A stretch of 64,000 bases of DNA, from NCBI GenBank assembly GCA_002104945.1, contig MCFH01000010.1:930001-994000 (forward strand), written 5' to 3'. This DNA is from Piromyces finnis finn (taxonomy: Eukaryota > Fungi > Neocallimastigomycota). Positions 1 through 12,447 of this stretch are shown here, piece after piece (within the stretch, counting starts at the first letter, position 1; each line of letters begins with the position of its first letter). A program made the translations under genes and the position numbers. The notes below the pieces were generated by a model. The model searched no databases and was not told where the DNA came from. It was given only the letters and a program-made list of their open reading frames with translations.

Positions 1-576
1 TAACTTTTGGTAATTGACTTCTGTAAACCTTGAAACTATATACAATTAAACAAAATATTAATTATATTCTATTTTTTGTATTTTATCGAGTTTTATTACT
101 AATATTGCTTACCTTTTTTCTTGTGATTCTTTATGACATTTTCCATTTTTACAACAAAATAAATATACACAACGATGATAAGCTTCAGCTGGAACATCTT
201 CTGGTGCATATATCTTTTTTTTAACAATATTTTATAAATGGTGAAAAAGTTATAAAAATTAAGAATGACTTTATATAATTTCTAATAATAATTTAATATA
301 TTAATAAATAATTACTTGAAGTAAAAGAACCATTGGCTTATTGCAAATACCACATCTTACTGATTCAACATCAAGTGGAAATTCTGGATTTAACCAAACC
401 TATAAATTTTATTGGTATAGTTATTATATTAATTACTTAATTTTAAACAATTTCTTTATATTTAATATATAGATAATTACTGGCTTTCCACCGATTTTTG
501 AAGGAAAATCATCTATATCAGGTAAAAATGGTCTTTCTGGTTTTGAAACGAAACCCAATTGAATTCCTGTAGCCAT
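1..576 (-). CDS. PDCD2: PDCD2/TSR4-family protein (uS5 chaperone), 5' part; runs off the window start
   Basis: Spliced exons 576-481, 399-316, 213-113 and 35-1, all with GT-AG introns and consistent phase. They translate to MATGIQLGFVSKPERPFLPDIDDFPSKIGGKP|VWLNPEFPLDVESVRCGICNKPMVLLLQ|IYAPEDVPAEAYHRCVYIFCCKNGKC...FKVYRSQLP, matching the PDCD2 N-terminal signature (LGF..SKxGGxPxWL..CxxC..LLQxYAP..HR..F.C). Confidence 0.93.
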
Positions 577-768
577 ATTTCTATATTTTTTAATATTTTT
601 TGATAGTGTAGAACACTTATAATTTTATAATTTTATTATTTTTTAAAAATATAAATTAAAGATTTTTTTTATTTTGAATTATTATCCAATCATTTTATTG
701 ATTTAATATATATTCAAAATTTTAAATTTTTATTAAAATTAAAAGCTAACAAAAACTCTCTATTTATC

Positions 769-795
769 TAAATAAATAAATAAATAAATAAATAA
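769..795. repeat. short (TAAA)n microsatellite
   Basis: About 6-7 tandem TAAA units, read directly. Confidence 0.85.
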
Positions 796-926
796 TATGA
801 TTATTATATTATTTGTGATTATCAATAAAAAGTATTTTTTATATATTTTATATTTTTTAGTTTATTTTAATTTTTAATTTTTAATTTTTTGTTATATTCA
901 AAAAATTTAAAAACATTTATATTTAT

Positions 927-1110
<184 letters not shown>

Positions 1111-1194
1111 ATATATAAATAAATATTTAAATAAAATATCTAGTTCTATTATAATAGTATATTTAAAATTATTTATAAATTATGAGAATCAAAA

Positions 1195-3141
1195 TTAATT
1201 ATATTTTCTTTTTTTATTATCTATAGAAATAGCTATATTATCCTCAACAATTAATTTTCTTTTATTATTATTACTTAAGGATATAATGGATGATACTGGT
1301 GATGGCAAGATATTATTGCTGGATTTTACTGGTGAATTATTAGTATATTTAGTTGATGATATTTTTGAAGTAGAATCCTCGCTTTTAATATTGTCAATAT
1401 TTATTTTTGGTCTTACGTATTGATGACATTTATGAGCATGTCTATACCATAAAATAGTCATTCCTTTGCTGTTTACAATATCATTAATTTCTTTTTTATT
1501 TTGTTTTATTTGTTGAAGATATGATAGAATAGTGTCAGCAATATTTTTCTTATCATTGTACATATTATATTTTTTCTTTAAGTAGTACTTGTTAAGGGGT
1601 TTTCCATTTTTATTATTATCTTCTATCTTATTATTATTATTATTTTGTTTATATTTCAAAATATTAGTGAAAAACTGATAACACCTTTTTTTAGTGACCA
1701 TTATAGGAATCCATTCATTACAATGATGGCATTGGCCAACAACAAATTTCAAGATACAATCATTTAAATTAAAATCTTCTGGAAGAGTAATAGATGACTC
1801 AATAATTAAATTTTTGAGGGTTAAAAGAAATTCTTCATTATTAACAATGATTGATAAATCATTATTACAGTTATTAGATGAGTTTGAGGAATTATCCTTT
1901 TTGGAATTTTTATTGCCAATCAGATTATCAATAATATTTTTTCTTTCCGTTTCATTAACAAGTTTTAACATCTCTTTGTAATCTACCACTTTTGTGGTTA
2001 ATGGAGCTTGAAATGGTTTACCTGAAACAGAGGAAATACCGTGGAAAAATTGTTTGTGATACCAATAAGCGCTATTTTTTAACTGTAACCAACGACCTGG
2101 ATTACATTGATCACATAAACCTTCTTTTGCATTACCTGAAAATCTTACTAATTTTGGAGTATATATATCACCTTCAAATCTAACTTTTTGGTTTCTAACT
2201 TCATCTTTATTATCACAAGAAATATTATATAAATTGTAATCTAACTTTTTATTTTCATTTTTAACATTGTTTTGTGGTAAGCCATTATTAGTATTAATAT
2301 AATAATTGTTAACATTTCTTTCAGTAGTTGTACTGTAAACTTGAATAGGTTGTGCAATTGGGGCAACTGGAATATTAATGTTATTTATTGGTGATGAGAT
2401 ATTTGAATTTATTGCACAATTATTTGCATTATAAATAATATTATTATTTTCATTAATTAAATTATTATTATATGGAATGTTATTAACAATTGCAGGTTGT
2501 TGAGAGGGGTAAGTCATTTGAACCTGTGTTAATTCCGATGGGAAAGATTGTATATTTTGTGCATTAATTGAAATTGATGGTTGATTTTGAACTGGTGAAA
2601 TTTGAAAAGTTTTTCCATTAAGAATGGTTTGAGAAGGAATTTGTTGAATGAAATTTTTATTTTCAATATATGAATTATTAATCATTATTGGTTGGGAAAT
2701 ATGAGTTAATGAAGATTGTGATTGAGCTAAGGTTGGAGCATTAATAATATATGAAGGATACGATGTGGTAGCAAATAATATGCTAGAAGAGTCAGTTATT
2801 ATTTTGTTAGAAAGAGAGGATTGACTACTTGTTGGTGATAATAAGCCATTATTATTTTGAATGCAAGAAAATTGTGATTGCATATTTATAGTATTAGTAT
2901 TTATGTTATCTATATATGAGTTTTGCTCCATGATAGGAGAACTACTATTATCTAATTTTGTTTTATAATTTTGTTCAAAATTATTCATAAGAGCTGAATT
3001 AATAGAAGCGGTAGCTGCTGTTGTTAAAGTTAAACTTGGTGTAGATGGCGTAACAATATAACAAAAGTTATTATTTTTAGAATCGTATGTGTCTATAGTA
3101 TTTTTATATTGATAGACTGGAGATGGAATCATATTTTCCAT
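1195..3141 (-). CDS. Rua1-C/DUF4451-type fungal zinc-finger transcription regulator, 648 aa, intronless
   Basis: ORF contains DIYTPKLVRFSGNAKEGLCDQCNPGRWLQLKNSAYWYHKQFFHGISSVSGKPFQAP, then GQCHHCNEWIP and LWYRHAHKCH. This is the recalled DUF4451/Rua1 C-terminal motif set. The N-terminal half is Q/N/S/P-rich, like an activation domain. Confidence 0.82.
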   Translation of the reverse strand: MENMIPSPVYQYKNTIDTYDSKNNNFCYIVTPSTPSLTLTTAATASINSALMNNFEQNYKTKLDNSSSPIMEQNSYIDNINTNTINMQSQFSCIQNNNGLLSPTSSQSSLSNKIITDSSSILFATTSYPSYIINAPTLAQSQSSLTHISQPIMINNSYIENKNFIQQIPSQTILNGKTFQISPVQNQPSISINAQNIQSFPSELTQVQMTYPSQQPAIVNNIPYNNNLINENNNIIYNANNCAINSNISSPINNINIPVAPIAQPIQVYSTTTERNVNNYYINTNNGLPQNNVKNENKKLDYNLYNISCDNKDEVRNQKVRFEGDIYTPKLVRFSGNAKEGLCDQCNPGRWLQLKNSAYWYHKQFFHGISSVSGKPFQAPLTTKVVDYKEMLKLVNETERKNIIDNLIGNKNSKKDNSSNSSNNCNNDLSIIVNNEEFLLTLKNLIIESSITLPEDFNLNDCILKFVVGQCHHCNEWIPIMVTKKRCYQFFTNILKYKQNNNNNKIEDNNKNGKPLNKYYLKKKYNMYNDKKNIADTILSYLQQIKQNKKEINDIVNSKGMTILWYRHAHKCHQYVRPKINIDNIKSEDSTSKISSTKYTNNSPVKSSNNILPSPVSSIISLSNNNKRKLIVEDNIAISIDNKKRKYN

Positions 3142-6100
3142 TTTAGATAATTTAAATTGTACTCTTTATATTAATTATTAAATATTATTGTTATTAATAT
3201 TTTTTTGTATTATTATGTATTAGTTCATTTAATAAAATAGTCATAAAAATTTTTTTTATTATTTAATAATCAAAACTTTAAATCACTTTTTTAATTATGT
3301 ATAATGTATAAAAAATAAAATTATATTTTATATTATTTTCTAAAGTTTTAATATATCAATAAAATATTTTTTATTCATTTAATATTCATAGTATATTACT
3401 TTTATAATAATATACTATGATTTATATTATTCAATATAATGTTAAAAATTATATTTTTAAATAATGAAGATAAAAAAAAAAAAAGAAAAAATAGGAGAAA
3501 ATAATCCTATATATATGAAAAATATATATATATATAAAATATATAAAAAATATTAAATATTAAATTATTAATAAAATAAATATTAATATAAAATGGAAAA
3601 TTTAACCAATTTCAAAACAATGGGTTTTAATATAAAAGTCTATTAAAAAATATAAAACACAATGAATAAATTTATTATTTATAGATTTGCATTGTTAATA
3701 AATGAAATTTATCTTGCTTTAATATAAAAATTTTAATAATCATGGTTATTTATAAAAAAAAAAAACAATGTAAAATTTTCATGTATAAGAAAGTATAATT
3801 ATTATTTTTTAATTTATAAAAGCAAAAATATTATTTAAATAAGTTTGTGATTATAAAGTTTGGTAAATCTATAGAAAAGTAATATAACATATATTATATT
3901 ATATGAGTAATATATGTGAAAATAAAACTTTTAATTTAAATATTGAACTATAATATTTATTATAACGGAAAATTTTCGTTTAATATATAAACTTAATTCA
4001 ATAATATAATTTTTTTGGGAAAATTTACATATCTAACATACTTTTAAAGAAAAATTATAATTAAAAATAAAAATATTATAAAGTTTAATTATTAATTATA
4101 ATAATTAACTGGAATTAGAATAAATGATATATTTTCATTCTTTGATATCTACACAGAAAAAAATTGGTATTAAAAAAATAAAGTATTTTTTTAATTAATA
4201 AAAATTACTATTTAATTTTTTTATCATAACAATGGAAATTGTATAAATATCTATTAACATGTTTATTTTTAAGTGTACACAATTGCAATCTATATTTATT
4301 AATAAATATTTAAATAATATATATAAGAATTTAAAAAAATAATAATACTATAATATATGAAAATACAAATTAGTATATATTTTAAAAATTATAAATAGAA
4401 ATTTACCTTGAATAAAATAATATAAATGATAGTGGTAGATTATATGTTACTAAAAAAAGCTTCCTGTTACACATAAAAAAAAGATATGATAAATGTAAAA
4501 AAAAACTTTTTTATATAATTTCATTTTAAGGAAAATACAAAATAATATTAATCTTATAGTAACATATTCTTAAAGAAATAAATTTTAAAAAATATAATAT
4601 TTTAGTATTTTGTATAATAAACATATTTTCATTTGATTTTTTTTTTTTTTTTTTTTTTCAATTTTATCATTTACTTTCTCTTTATTATAATCAATTTATG
4701 TTTTCTATATTATTTATTAAGAATTTAATTTAAATTTACATATTATCATTCATATAGTAAATTTTCCCGTATTGAATTGGAGAAAAATAACCAATAATTT
4801 AGGTTACCAAAAAAAATAAATTTTATTATTATATCTATTTTAATCTTTTAATAATTGGATGTTGTACAAAACTCTTTTTTTTTTAAGTCTATATGTTTAT
4901 TAATAGTCTTCAATTATATTACTTCAAAAGGTTACATTTCTACTTTTAGCTTTTTTATTTTTGTGTTAACATTGTTTTGAATAACAATATGAATTAAACG
5001 AAACAATACGTTTAATATAAAGACATTATTCTTTATTACAATGGATTTAATATTGCTATTATGTTAATAACAATGGTTAAATTATGTTTAAATTAAATAA
5101 TGATATATGAAATTACCTTTTTTTTTTTTTTTTTGAAAAAGAAAAGTTACATTAAGTATTAAATAACAGATAACAGTAATACTATATAAGTATTTATAAA
5201 TTTATAAATATTTATATATGTTCTATGTTCTATACATTATTAATGTTTATTATATTATTAATACTATAATAGTAATAATAATTTTTATATATAATTAATT
5301 TCGTTTTATTCTCAATAAATGAAATAGCGCATAAATATTTATTGGATGATTTTTAATATAATATATGATATAAAACAAAAAATTTTTTTAATTGATTTAA
5401 TTATTTTAGAAATAAAGTCTAACCAATAACAACAATTTTTATTTTTATTACTGAAATTATTAAAAACAAAACGAAGAAATATAATAAAATAAAGAAATAA
5501 TAAAAAATATTAGAATTATGAATTATATAATAATTGTATTTACAAAAAAAACACTTTTAACAAAGGCAATTGTTTTAATATTTACATCTTTTCTTTAATA
5601 ATAATGTTTTGTTACAAATAAAACTTTAAAAAACACTTTTTGTGCTTCATAAATAATTTAATTTTATACTAATAAATTATATTTTATTTTTTAGTATCTA
5701 CAATTTTTGTTTTTATAACTAATAAAGTTTCTGTAGTAAATAATTTAATTTTTTTTCCAATGAATATAAATAATATAAATATTCATTTTATATATTAATA
5801 AATGCGTTTTTTTTTGTATGAAATTGATTAATAAATTGGATAAAAAATTTTTTGGTACATTTATCTTTTTTTTTTAATATAATATCAAGCCGGAAAAAGA
5901 TAATAGATATCATTTTATTTCAATAATAATAATTACATAGCAATATAATTTCAATTTCATAATAATATATTGTAATTTTTATGGAAATATTATAATTAAA
6001 AATTATATCATATTATTATGTAATTGTTATTATTGAAATAGAATGAATAGTAAATAGGAAAAAGTATAACAAAAAAACTTCATGTAGATATTAAAATAAA

Positions 6101-8208
6101 ACTAATGCTTTTGCATATTGCATACTCTTTCTATATTACTCTATTGTTTAAATTACAATAGAAATATTAACTATATTGTTTTAAAAATTAAATTCATTGT
6201 TTTAATGTATTAATATTTTAACTAGTTATTTTATTTTAATATTTAAAATAAAAGTATTCATTAAGGAAAGACATTATATTTAAAAATTTTAAATATTTTT
6301 AGTAAATTTTCAGTTTTGGGAAATTAAAATTTTAAATTAAATTTCTATTTTTGAAAAAATCTTAATAATATTTTTCTAATATTGGGAAATTTAATATTTT
6401 CTTTATTAAATATTTATTACTAATAATACATTTCATTAATTTTTTATTTTTATAATTCAAGAAAAGTGGAAAAAAATATAATGAATTTTTTTTTTTTACA
6501 TTATGGGAAAAAATGAAAATGTAATTTGAAACTAACATTTATTTGTACCAGATAAAAGTCAATTAAAATCTTTAATTATTTTTATATTGATATAATTATT
6601 ATGTTATATGATAAATATATGTTAATATTCATTATGTAATTTTATTAGTATACTAAGTTTAATATACAAATTTTCCATATTTTAGATGGATTCATAAAAA
6701 AAAAACATATGCCAAAAATAAATAAAAAAAATATTATTGATTATTCATTTTTCCTATTTTCATTTTCATTTTTTATTTTTTATTAATTATTAAACTAATT
6801 TACATACAAACACATGTAAAATATATTTAATAAGTAAATAAATATAATTGAGTTTTGTATAAAAAAATATAAACAATAATATATAATTATTATAATTTAT
6901 TATATTATATAAGTATTATTAACAATGAAAGTATATTTTAGTAAAGCAAAAAGTGAATGTTTTCCATTCTTTTAATTATCTCATTGTTTTATTCACAATA
7001 GATACATTACATGACATTGTTATAATCATTAATTAATATAAAAAGTATTGTTTTATTTAAATAAAAAAAAGTAAACATTTAAACAAGCGTTTAAAATATT
7101 ATTAATGATTTTAATTATTTTGTGTAATAAAAGTAGTATTTTCAAAAATTTCAAAATGTATTTTTAGTATATACTTTTTTTTTTTTGTAATAAATTAAAT
7201 TAAAATATTAAATTCAATTACTATTTTTTAACTAATTTTTATTAATTAATTATATAACATCTAATATTAGAAAAAAAACAATTTTTGAAAAACTTTATTT
7301 TAATTTTTAAAAATTGAAATAAAAAGATTATATTTTTATATTTTTATTAATTAAATATTTAACAAATAGGTTAATTATTAATAAAAATATAAAAATATTT
7401 TAATGTATAAAAACGAATATGAAAACAATTGATAATTACCTTAATTAAGTTTAATTATAAAAAATAATTTAATTTTTTAAACCAACTGAAGGATTGAAAA
7501 TCTTTCATTGATTGATGATAAATATTAATATATGTATTATTTCTTGTGTATTAATAATTGTTAAGATATTTCTAAGAATACTATGGCTATTATAATAAAA
7601 AAATATGGGTAATAAACAGAATTAAAAAATATAAAAGTTTTGTTTTATTTCATTTAATTTATAAAAGTTTAAATTACAAAATAATTTAATAATAAATACT
7701 TTTAGAAAATGAAATACTACAACTTTACATCTTATAGTGTTTTTTCAAAAGAAGCCAGTTTCTATTTGAAAATTCTGATTTTATAAAGAATTTTTTAATA
7801 TAACACTTTTTCTTTTTTAATGTAATAAATATTAATTCTATAATAATGTTTTATATATATATTTTAATTATAAAATCATTTTCAAGAAAAACTTTAATAC
7901 TATTTAAATGACTTAAAGTTTTTTATTAATTAAATTAATTAAATTTCTCATTTTAAAATTAAATTAATTTTTATTTTTAATTTTATTTATGTTTTGAATT
8001 TTTTTTAAAATAAAAAATTTACCTTTTCACATAAAACCAGATTAAACTTTTATATATATTATAAATTACTAGACTATTTTTAAAAATTATAATAATTTAG
8101 TATATTTTTACTAATACTATAGAGAAACGATTAATCATATAAATTTTTTTAATAATTATAAAATTTTAAAAAGCTGAAAAGGGATTTAATAAATGTGTAA
8201 CTTAAAAA

Positions 8209-11200
8209 ATGAATGTAAATCCAATTAATGTAACTACTATTAACAAAAACAGAAGCAAAAAACACAAGAAATCAAAAAACTCAACAAATGAACTGTTGAA
8301 TTTAAGCAATAAAAGTTCTAAAACATTATTGAAAGCTATCCAAATAGCTAAAGAAGAAACAAACTATTTCAAAAATTATTATCAATTAAATTTTAAAAAT
8401 GAAAATATAGAAAATGAGAATAATACAAATAGTCCATTGACAATACCATCTCGTTATCAACAACAATTTCTTCAAATCCTACTCAACCAAAATAATAAAA
8501 AATATAATAATAGAAATGCATATGAGAGTCAAGATATTCCATCTATAGCTGCATATTCTCAATCACCTTTATTTCCATCATCCACTATCGTATTACCTAA
8601 ACATTATTATCAACCACAAATTCAACAACAACATATATATCATCAATGTCATCCTTCACCAATAAATAATTGTGTAAATAATACTAATGCTAATAATATA
8701 AATAAATATTCTCATGACATTCATAACATTAATCTACCTAATAGTCAGTATGTTGTTTCAAATTCAAACACGAAATTTACTCAGGATGAAATAGTTTCAA
8801 ATTGTCCTCCTATACCCCAACAGTATCAATTGAAATCATCTATTTCTTCAAATAGAAATAGTCATCATGATAATGTTAAAGTTAATGACACTAAATCAAA
8901 TTATAAATATCATGATGAATCTCAATTTTCTGTAAATTCATATCATAAAGAATTTAACAAACAAAATTTTAACAAATCTAATTCTAATATAAAAGATTCT
9001 GAGAATGTAAAAAAGAATGTAACCATTAATGAAAATAAAAATAGGAATTATTATTCTAAAGAAAAAAAAGAAAACTCTTTAAATAATGTTCAAGGTACTA
9101 TATACTAAAAGTAATAATAATAATTTTTATTCTTTTAATAACTATAATAAATTTTATGAATATAATGTTAATAATATAATTATATAATCTTTTTTATATT
9201 TATTTTTTATTTTTTTTTATAAAAAGATATGGATTTAGAGAAATTATTAAAAATACAAACAATGCAATATGAAGAAATTAAAAGATTAAAAAGTTATATT
9301 TTATCAGACTCATCAAAAAGTAAATCTAATGGTAAAAAAAATATAAATGAAGAGGAAAAAAATAATAATGAAAACATTGAAAATAGTTCAAGTGAATATA
9401 TAAATAATAAAGCAGAGTTTTCTGCAATATCAAATGATAATTATAATTCAAGAGAAGAAAACAATAATTCATATATACAAGAATCACAAGAATATTCTTA
9501 TGATAATAATGAAGGTATTTATGTCTATTGATATAAATTTGAAATGAATATAAAAATGATTAATTAAATAATCACCTATCTGTTTATTAACTACAAAATA
9601 TTATTAATTTATATATATTGATTGTTTTGTTATAGTTTTTTCTGATAAGTATAACGAATCACCAAACCTTTTATATAATAAAAAATATAGTAGTAAAGTT
9701 AAAAATATAAAAAATGCTACTAAAAGTGAGGAAAAACCAAAATTTCAAATAAATATTAATGAGAAGCAAGTATTTAAGTCACGATCTGGATTATTATCAA
9801 AACATACTATTAAAAATGATATAAAGAAAAGTGATGATGCATTAAGAAAAAGTGACGCGAAATTACGAAAATTAACTAAAAAAGTGCCTATATGTGTACC
9901 AAATTATAAACCAAAAATTAATACATATCATCCAAAAAAGAAGATTCATAGAAAAATAAATTCAAATGAAAATAATAATTTTTCTTATGAGGTTACTATT
10001 TATAACTAATAATAACATAATTATATGAAATGTCACATCTTTAAAAATAATATTTATATTTTAATCCCTATTTAATGTGATTTGATTATTTTTTATTATT
10101 AGGAATTAAATGATGTTGATGATGATGTACCTATAAAGTTAAATAATAATGAAAAAAAAGAAGATATTAAAAAAGTTGTAGAAGAAGCGATTAAAGAGAT
10201 ACTTAATAAAGAATTATTAAAAAATTCATTAAGTGATAATAAAATGGAAACCATAATAGATCAAAACAATTATAACACCATAAAATTAACAAATTTTTCT
10301 GAAATAGTGGAATCAAAGCCTCAATTTCCTAATAAAAGCCTCAATTCAAATATACCCAACTTTATTATTGATGATACCTTAGATACCACAAAGCTAGAGA
10401 ACATTAATAATAATTTAAATACCAGTTTTGAAAATATAGAGGATATATCAGCAATTATATATAATAAAGATATTGATTTTACTATAGATGATGAAATATC
10501 TAGAAATATTTCAAAAGAGATAGAAAATTTTAAAGATAGTCAAGCAGGTATAATATTTAAATTATAATAAATATGTTATTAGTCACATATATAGTTAAAA
10601 AAAAAGTAATTGTATTATATTCAATTTTTTAAATATATTCATTCTTTTTAAATAATAATGTTAAATATATAATAATGAATAATATAAAAATTAACATTAA
10701 ATTATGAAGATGATTATGAAAAATCGAAAAAAGAGTTAAATTGTGAAAATTTAAATATTATAAAATTACCTGAATTTCCAAATGTTAATGATTCAAAATC
10801 TATTAATTATAATGTCACTCACGATGATCAATTTATTAGAAAAATGGAAAGAATAGCTAGCAATAATGTTATTAATGATACTACCAAGTCTAATAGAGAT
10901 GATGATAAAATAACATTTGATAATGATTATAATAAAGAAGATACTAATTCTTTTTATAATAAAATGAATATAAATGAAGAATTTAAAAATGAAGATATGA
11001 ATAATGAAAAAGATCAAAATAATGATATTAGTGACAACTATAGTAGCAGTTACAGTGATAAAGATATTTTAAGGAAATTGGATTCTGATAATGGAAGAGA
11101 TTCGAAGAATTTTGCGAAAATGAAATGGAAATCAATGAAAAAAGAAATACAACAGGAAATTAATACAAAATTAAAAGAAAACAAAAAGTTAAAAAAAAAT

Positions 11201-12447
11201 GAAAAACAAAAAAAATTAAAAAATTTATTTATTAATTTAAATAATAATTCAAATATCAATGATACAGAATCATTTGATATTACGTCTTTTGATTCATCGT
11301 CTAAGTCGGCAAATAGTTCTTTGTCTTCCATGTCTCATTTAAAAACAGCCAAAGAATATTGTAAAAAACGAAATAAATTGAAAAAATTGGAAGTATCTAG
11401 AGATAAAATTATTAGTTCAAGGGAAAGAATATATAATAAGGAAAAAGATTTTGATAAAAATTTAAAAAGAGAAAAGATTTTAGAAGAATCATTAAAAAGC
11501 GAAATAATCAATAGTGACATTAATGAAGATTCTACGTATTCTAGTACCTTTGATAAAACAGAGGATGATAACAATGAAGAAAGCTTTGATCAAAACACCA
11601 ATTCCTTATCATATTTTTTTTACAATCCAAATTTAAAAGTAAAAAGAATTATATCCAATCCTATGGTTAAGTCATTTATAGATTCTCGAAATAAGAATAA
11701 TAGAAAAGTAATATCAAGTGGTATACCTGATGAAACTAAAAACAAAAAACAAGGTATAATATAAAGTAAAATTTTTACTGTAAAAAAAAGGTAAAGAATA
11801 TTAATTTTATTATTTATCGTTCTATTTATATATAGAAATTGAGTTATCTGATCCAGAAAGTAATTTATGTTTTTTATAATAATTTATATACAAAATTAAT
11901 TTTTAATAATATATATATATATTTACTTATGACTGTATATTTATATTTAATTTTTTGTATTTTATAAAATGTTATAATTAAATTTAATAATTTATAGAAC
12001 AAATAAATGTGATTCGTTTATCAGCATTAATGAAAAAGAACATTATGCAGGGAAGAGAAAGATTTTTAAATTATTTGAATGAAAACTCATTGAATGGTTT
12101 TGGTTGTGGTACCTTTCCAGATGATTTAAAAATGGAAAATAATGCTATTGAAAATGAAATTTATTCAGTATTTAATCCATGGGAAATTATTGAAAGGTAC
12201 AATTTATATAAATGACAAAAATTACATTATTATTCATCATTCCTTTTATATTTCGGAAAATTTAATCAAAAATTCAAAATACTTAATAATATCCTCTTTT
12301 TTTCAATGTATAAATAATTTTTTTGTTAGTATTTCTGATTTTATTTTAGATGAGATTATTGAAGAAAATGCAGAAGAAATAAACCATAATTTAGATCAAT
12401 TTATTGAGGATTTATTTAATGAAGAATTTAATCCAACAAATGAATGA
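8209..12447 (+). CDS. 8-exon ~1100-aa protein, probable Moonraker/KIAA0753 (MNR/OFIP) centriole protein homologue
   Basis: Phase-consistent exons 8209-9094, 9227-9514, 9636-9991, 10103-10547, ~10710-11753 (acceptor least certain), 11836-11859, 11998-12196 and 12330-12447. The spliced C-terminus reads MKKNIMQGRERFLNYL...SVFNPWEIIESISDFILDEIIEENAEEINHNLDQFIEDLFNEEF, resembling the recalled MNR C-terminal motif. Gene existence is high confidence; the family call is moderate. Confidence 0.65.

Noticed and set aside
7486-7520. Small hairpin GAAGGATT-GAA-AATCTTTC with nearby TGATGA (possible snoRNA)
   Set aside because: 8-bp stem with a G-U pair, and no properly ordered C/D boxes or guide complementarity identifiable.
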